64,000 nt of DNA, taken from the NCBI RefSeq assembly GCF_009914755.1, contig NC_060930.1; one strand, written 5' to 3'. This document shows, one piece after another, positions 57,801-64,000 of this stretch. Every line of letters begins with the position of its first letter. The first letter of the stretch is position 1. This DNA comes from the human T2T-CHM13v2.0 reference genome, Homo sapiens. The notes under the pieces were generated by a model. The model was not told the DNA's origin. It saw only the letters and a program-made list of their open reading frames with translations, and did no database searches. A program made the position numbers and the translations under genes.

Positions 57801-59129
57801 TTGGCCTCCTGGAACAAGAGTGCCTCATGAATAAAACAAGTTAGAGAAACCTAAGGAGATTCAAGCAGAGGTCACTCTATAGTGAGGTGATAAATTTTGT
57901 GACCGATATGGAGGCCTAGCTTAGTCGCAGGCAATCATTACTGAATTACCTGGTGATAACAGGAGGTGAAGAAAATGTGCATTCTAAGCACAATGCAAAT
58001 GCGAATCACTAGCTTCCTGGAGATCTGATCAAATAAAACTTAAGTTTTAATTAAACTGTGACCAAATTAATTAAAAGTTACTATACTGTGTGATAGATAA
58101 TTATCAACTAGAATGTTGCTTATTTTGCTGCAGCATCCTGATTTCTTTATCTTCCTGTTCTGAAAATGTAAAAATCCTTTTAGTCTTTTAGATGAGTCAC
58201 AAGCGAAAAAAAAAAAATTAAGTTAGCAGGATGTATTAAACATTAATTTAAGCACAATCATGAAAACCTGAAATTTTCTTTTTTCTCTAGCTATGTTTTA
58301 AGTTCTTGACATAATTTTTACAATGGCACATCTATTTTTTATGAGTTTTTAATAAAATGTAATAATAGCAACTAATAATGTTAACGATAATAATGATAAC
58401 TGTCATTTCTCTCTCCTCAGGATCATTTTGTGCTGAGCGTTCATAACTGAGTCATAGCTGTCTGTGTTAAAGGATTGTTCCCAGGTTTTATTTATCTTGT
58501 TCAGCCTTTTAATTCAATTGGTTTCTTGGCTGATTTGTCTCCCAGTGTGATTAATCAATGAGAACTAGGGGCCCAATTCACGTTTTCACTTAAGTCGATT
58601 GAAATGTTGAGTGTGGTTGTGGTTGTTTAGGAGATAAAACAGGGTCACTGACTTACAACATCATTTCTTCTTGGTTTTATGCCTTAACTGTATTTTCCCC
58701 AGCAGAATCTGGTAACTGTTTCTCTCAGTTATGGAAGCCTACAGGGAGAGGAAAGGTAGGTAGAGATTTCTCTTCAGTGACGATTTCCATTAATTTTGTT
58801 ATTTGTCATCAACAATTGGTGTATACCCAAAGGCGATCAAAGTGTAAGTAAATGACCAGCAATTTGTTTCACTTCAAATCTAATACTTTCCAAAAAGCAC
58901 TTTGTAGCCAGTATCTAACAGAAGTTTAATAGAAGTCTAAGGCTGGAAGAAAAAGTGGGGGCTATGCCATTTCCTCCCAAGCTCTTCTCCCCCCATCTAG
59001 CATTAGACAGACACTACCCCTTCTCTTCTCAAGGGGCCCAGACAGGACGATTCTGCAATAGCCTTTAGGAAATTCATTTCAACGTTAATATCCCTCATGG
59101 CCAAGAGATAAGTAATTTGGCTCATATAT

Positions 59130-59480
59130 AATCTGGTTCCTCCTCGTCTGCGTTGAAAGCCCTTAATGACCTCATGTCTTCCCTCAGCAGGGCTGCGGGT
59201 ATTCTGTCAAAACGCCATGATGGATTATGTGCTTGGTGACCTTCTGTGACTTTTTGCAAGGCAGGGAGAGTAGAATGAAAAGGTGGTGAAGAGGCAGCAG
59301 AATACCTCTATTTGCCACGCCTGCCATCCCGGCAGCAGGAGGAAGGTTCCCGGAGGAGAAGCTGAATGAGACCCTTCCGCTGCTTCCCCTCCTCTCCCGC
59401 CAGGCTCCTCCTCCCTCCAGGGGCGAAGGAGCCAATGCTTGGGAAATGGGGGATAGCACTGGTAGCGATTACGTTCTCCA
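59130..59480. promoter_or_regulatory. Candidate promoter or enhancer (GC- and CpG-enriched patch)
   Basis: 12 CpGs in about 335 bp; GC-box-like ctcccgcc (59394), ccacgcc, and CCAAT (59432). Confidence 0.4.
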
Positions 59481-59724
59481 CTTTGAAAGCCTAACAGAAG
59501 GAAAAACTATTTAGGAAATGAAGAGAAAACCCTCTCCTCTGTGCTCAAGAGTTGCCATTTACAGGACTCTTGCAAGTTTAACGAAAGGGAAAACTTGGCG
59601 TCTTGCTCATCTCCTGTGATACCTCCTTTGGCATATGATACAAATGAGAATACATTCAATGTTAAATATTCGTGTGCATTTTTTTCTTATTTGATTTGAT
59701 TTGAGAGTTCCCCCACCAAACAGC

Positions 59725-59764
<40 letters not shown>

Positions 59765-59770
59765 ATCATT

Positions 59771-60111
<341 letters not shown>

Positions 60112-61734
60112 TCAAAGGTTTGCTCACCTGGAAACTGCTCAAGTAAAGAGAACATCTCTTTACTGTAAAGGAGCATCCCTCAGATCCCTTTAAGCCACCC
60201 CAGACAACAAAGACTACTTACAGTTTGTCCAGAAGTAACCTCAGAATTATAGACAGGGGGAGGGTTGCAGCACTGGCCAGAGCCCACAGTGTTGCATTTG
60301 TAACCCGTTTATTTGCGAGAAACACCATCAACAAATCATGCAACAGCATATTCTAGATAATAAAGTTTTAAAACTTCTATGTTTGTGCTATCCTAGATTG
60401 GTGTTCCTATCTGTGAGGTACCCTAACTACAATGTACTGTGTGTCCTGTCTCTTCATCTAGGTTGACAGCCAGATCACATCGTTCCTCTAAATCCCCAGC
60501 ACCTGGCACAGAGGCTGGAAATGAGTAGGTACTGCTAAAACAATGTGGAATGAATGAGTGAACATAGAAACTGCCTTTTTCTAATACGTTTATCTGAAAA
60601 GACTGCTTGATTCTTCTTTATATGAGTTTTGCTCTAGTGGTTTCTTGGAGAAAAATATGAAAGTGTAGGTTTTACTCAAGACTATTCTTAATGAGGCTAT
60701 AACAATGTATGGACTGAGAAAGGTGAGGAGGGTTGTGGGATAAAAAATGGGAAAAATCTTGCTGGGGTTTTCTGGGCTTTTATACAGGTTGGTTTCTGCT
60801 GGGCACTGCCTGAGATAGATTTTGTGTGGATTGCTGAGTGAGGGTCTAGAAATAAGTTCATTTCATTGTTTAATGTGTAGAAGGCTGGAAGTGTGAAGTA
60901 CAAAGTCAAATCAAGGGGAAAATGCAAATGAAAGTCATGTTTCATTGAATACATTCTGTAGCTCTTCATTTCTCCTAATACCTTAGACCTGGGGCAGTTT
61001 TCTCTCTGGACCAGTATGTCACTTATTTTGGTTCTACTAAGTCACATACCACTGGAATGCGATTGGTATTTTTACCAACCAAGAACCAACTGCTCTTTTC
61101 TAGACAACAGCTATTCTGTTCCGGCTTTCTCCAGCTCCTGCTTCTTTCAGTTTTCTCATATATTTTCAGTCGTGTGCATTCTTTTCTTGGTGAATAAGAG
61201 AGAGTAAGTGCCTGAGGGATTATCTCTTTGGATACATTTTCCTCCCCACAGGCACTGGATTTTTAAATGCTTGTTCCCTTTCCGAGTTTTGATCTTCTAT
61301 ATGTGAGACGAAATGTTTTTCTGTAACACTGGCAAAGGGAAATGTAGTCTTCCGGAAAAGCTCTATATTCCTTACATAAATCATGAGTCACTGTTTAACT
61401 GGTGACCAATTAATGTCATAATGTTTCCTCTACTCAAAAATCAGGTAGGAAAGATAAATCATTTCCAGAGAAAGTGAGAGGTAACTGATGAAGAAAACAA
61501 ATCAATTTGGGTGTAAATTTAGTCCTGCTCTGCTCCCAGTGTGGTTGATGACAGGATCCTCAGAAATGTTCAAGGCATGTTCAGTTAGAACTTCAGAACA
61601 GCAAACTCATCCCCTGGCTAGTATTGTTTCCCAGAATGTGTGGCTTTCACACCATGATCAAATTTCATTTCTCATCTATTTATCCACGGGGTTTTTAAAG
61701 GAAACTTTGCCAGACTTAAAGTAAGGGGATGCGG

Positions 61735-61900
61735 TTTCAAATCCAATTCCATGCAAGTTATAAACCTCTCTGAATCTGAGCTTCCTCATCTGTAAAATGG
61801 AATTAATGACACCTACACTACAAAGGTGCTAGGAAGATTAACTGGAACAGCATATGGAAAATCTTGGAATCAGCTGCTGTTCAATAAATGTTGGCTGAAT
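61735..61900 (+). mobile_element. MIR SINE
   Basis: aacctctctgaatctgagcttcctcatctgtaaaatggaattaatgacacctac. Confidence 0.8.
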
Positions 61901-63023
61901 TTTAATTTGTAATTACTAAAATGAAGTCCAGAAATGAGATAATGAATCTGGATAATTCATCCTTGCGTCAATTATTTAGACTCTGCATAAAGAGAAAGGC
62001 TTGGGGATTCAATTATCTGTATAATTACTCAATTCTGTGCTGCATCTTCTAAATAAGCTTAGAATTTAACACACAATCATATTCTTTCTTTAGGTAATTA
62101 GTTCCGGGGATGAAAGAGTTAAGGAATTGCCATCCCATTTTGTTCAAAGATTTTTTTTTAAAGGCACTATTAGAAGAGATGAAATCTAATGTAAATGTCA
62201 GTCCCATCTCAAAATAAACTTGCTATTAGAATCCAAAATCCTCTAGGCTTATTAAGATGTTATGAATTTAGTAGGATTTCCATCACTCCTCCCTCTATTT
62301 GTAGTGACCAAAGCATGAAACCATTGTTAAAACCACCTATTAATCAATTTGTTCTTCTGCTTTTCAGTAATTGAGTTTCCCAGATGAAACAGTATATCAA
62401 CTTTAACCCTTTTCTAGTAAATTAAAGCTTTTCTTTTGCCAGCCAGAATCATTAATGCCATTTTGTTATCAAGAAATGTTCATACTTACGCTGTTAAATC
62501 ATTAAGATAATTGAAATTATTTTACCTAGGCATCCTTTAGTTTTCAGACTCTTTTAAGTCTTTATGCCCTAGTAATTCTTGGAGTCATCTAAGGCTTTAT
62601 GTATTCCTTTGATTGGGCATTTTCATTTTGGTGCATAGATTTGCGATTAACTTACTAATGACAAAAAGGTGAATTATAAAAATACCCCACCCTCTAGCAT
62701 TCATTATCCATAATACATCATCAGTCTTCCCAGCCTTCAAACTGGTTTCCCTTTGGCTTAATTTTATTACTTTATCAATTTTAGGTATCATGATCCATTG
62801 AAATTAAATTCATTTGGTTGAAACCAATAAAATACCATATAGTTGCTGTCAAGTTTTCTTTTAAAATGATATCTTTTATATTTAAAAAATTAAGTGATAT
62901 ATTTTATCATTGCTTTTCCCCATATTTATTATAAAATATCTGTTGAGGTCCAATATCGTGTTCTTTAAGTGTCTCAATAGGAAAAAAAAAATAGCATATC
63001 AAATGAAGTAATTGGAAGTGTGT

Positions 63024-63337
63024 GTTTGTTTGAGACAGGGTCTCTCTCTGTCATCCAGGAAGGAGTGTAGTGGCATGAACACAGCTCACTGCAGCCTGAA
63101 CCTCCCCGGCTCAAGCTCCTGGGCTCAAGTGATCCTCCCACCTCAGCCTCCCAAGTAGCTGAGACTACAGGTTTACACTGCCACACCCCACTAATTTTTT
63201 TTTTTTTTTGTATTTTTTGTAGGGACAGTGTTTTGCCATGTTGCCCAGGCTGATCTCGAACTCAGGGGCTCAAGTGATCTGCCTGCCTCAGCCTCCCAAA
63301 GTGCTGGCATTACAGGCGTAAGCCACTGTGCCTGGCC
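63024..63337 (-). mobile_element. AluJ SINE
   Basis: J-type features (gagacagggtctc, gggctcaagtgatcctccc); internal duplication of ggctcaag near 63108-63129. Confidence 0.93.
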
Positions 63338-63409
63338 TGAAAGAGTTTTAATAAATGAACTATGTAAAAAAGATGCAGTCAGAATGGAGGGAAACAAAAA
63401 GGTACAGGA

Positions 63410-63785
63410 ATACATTCCAGAGGCAGCCACAATGGGGAGGCATCACCTGTCTTAGGCACGAAGGAGCAAGGAGTGGGAGCAACTGTTGTAACCTGAAGAG
63501 AGTGACTGTACCTGTAAGAGAGGTCTGACTGACAGGAGCTGTGTCTTTGTTGGAGGAAATAGCCAATCCAAGGTGACCTTGCAGCAAGGGAGCTGGGGCC
63601 CTGAACTCATCCTCCTTCTGCCCTTCCAATTTCTACTGGGAGTTCCCACTGACCACATTCAACTAGAAGCTAGAGGCAAGAGTGCCTTTTGATACAGTTC
63701 ACACAGGTCAGCCTTCTGTGGCACAAAGCAGGGCGGAGAATGGTGAACGTGCCTCTAAAGGGTCAAAGGGCAAATATTACGTACT
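63410..63785 (-). mobile_element. LTR33-like ERVL LTR fragment
   Basis: aactagaagctagaggcaagagtgcc...aggtcagccttctgtggcacaaagcagggcggaga matches the reverse complement of the recalled LTR33 5' part. Confidence 0.7.
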
Positions 63786-64000
63786 AAGCAAATGGTTGTC
63801 GAACACTTTCAGTTAGCGATCCTATTCATTTTAACTGAATAAACACTGGTGGAACATCTATTAGATGAGAGCCACTTTAGTGGGCTCTGAAGATGTGAAG
63901 ACAAGTAAGCAGGACTAGACTACGGTCAGGCAAGCAAAGTGTGTAGGGCACATTTGCATGTGCTTGAGGGTACCTCCTTAAATTTTGCGCTGAGGTTCTT

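Overview
Primate, most likely human, genomic DNA: AT-rich and non-coding, either intergenic or deep intronic. I find no protein-coding exon, RNA gene, CpG island or prokaryotic-type system, and I cannot name the locus. The long ORFs in the track are Alu read-throughs, decayed LINE-1 ORF2 fragments or chance ORFs. Much of the window is interspersed repeat. This includes about 15 Alu/FLAM copies, two long old LINE-1 relics (minus strand ~7.5-12.8 kb; plus strand ~34.6-43.1 kb with a nested L1PA13-like element and two Alus), several solo LTRs, DNA-transposon fossils, and L2/MIR/L3 debris. Subfamily names come from my recollection of consensus sequences and need RepeatMasker/Dfam confirmation. Four signals stand out. 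(1) Three short templated-insertion scars: a 40-bp and a 28-bp piece of unique DNA each recur 3-4 kb downstream inside a repeat, and a 12-bp inverted local copy sits in the plus-strand L1. (2) A probable ancient L1 3' transduction, where one target-site duplication brackets an L1MA plus a foreign older L1 tail. (3) Repeat-poor blocks with retained CpGs or PBX-HOX/MEIS/FOX/AP-1 motif clusters that look like enhancers. (4) Candidate non-coding exons with strong splice sites. None of these shows a new biological system from sequence alone.
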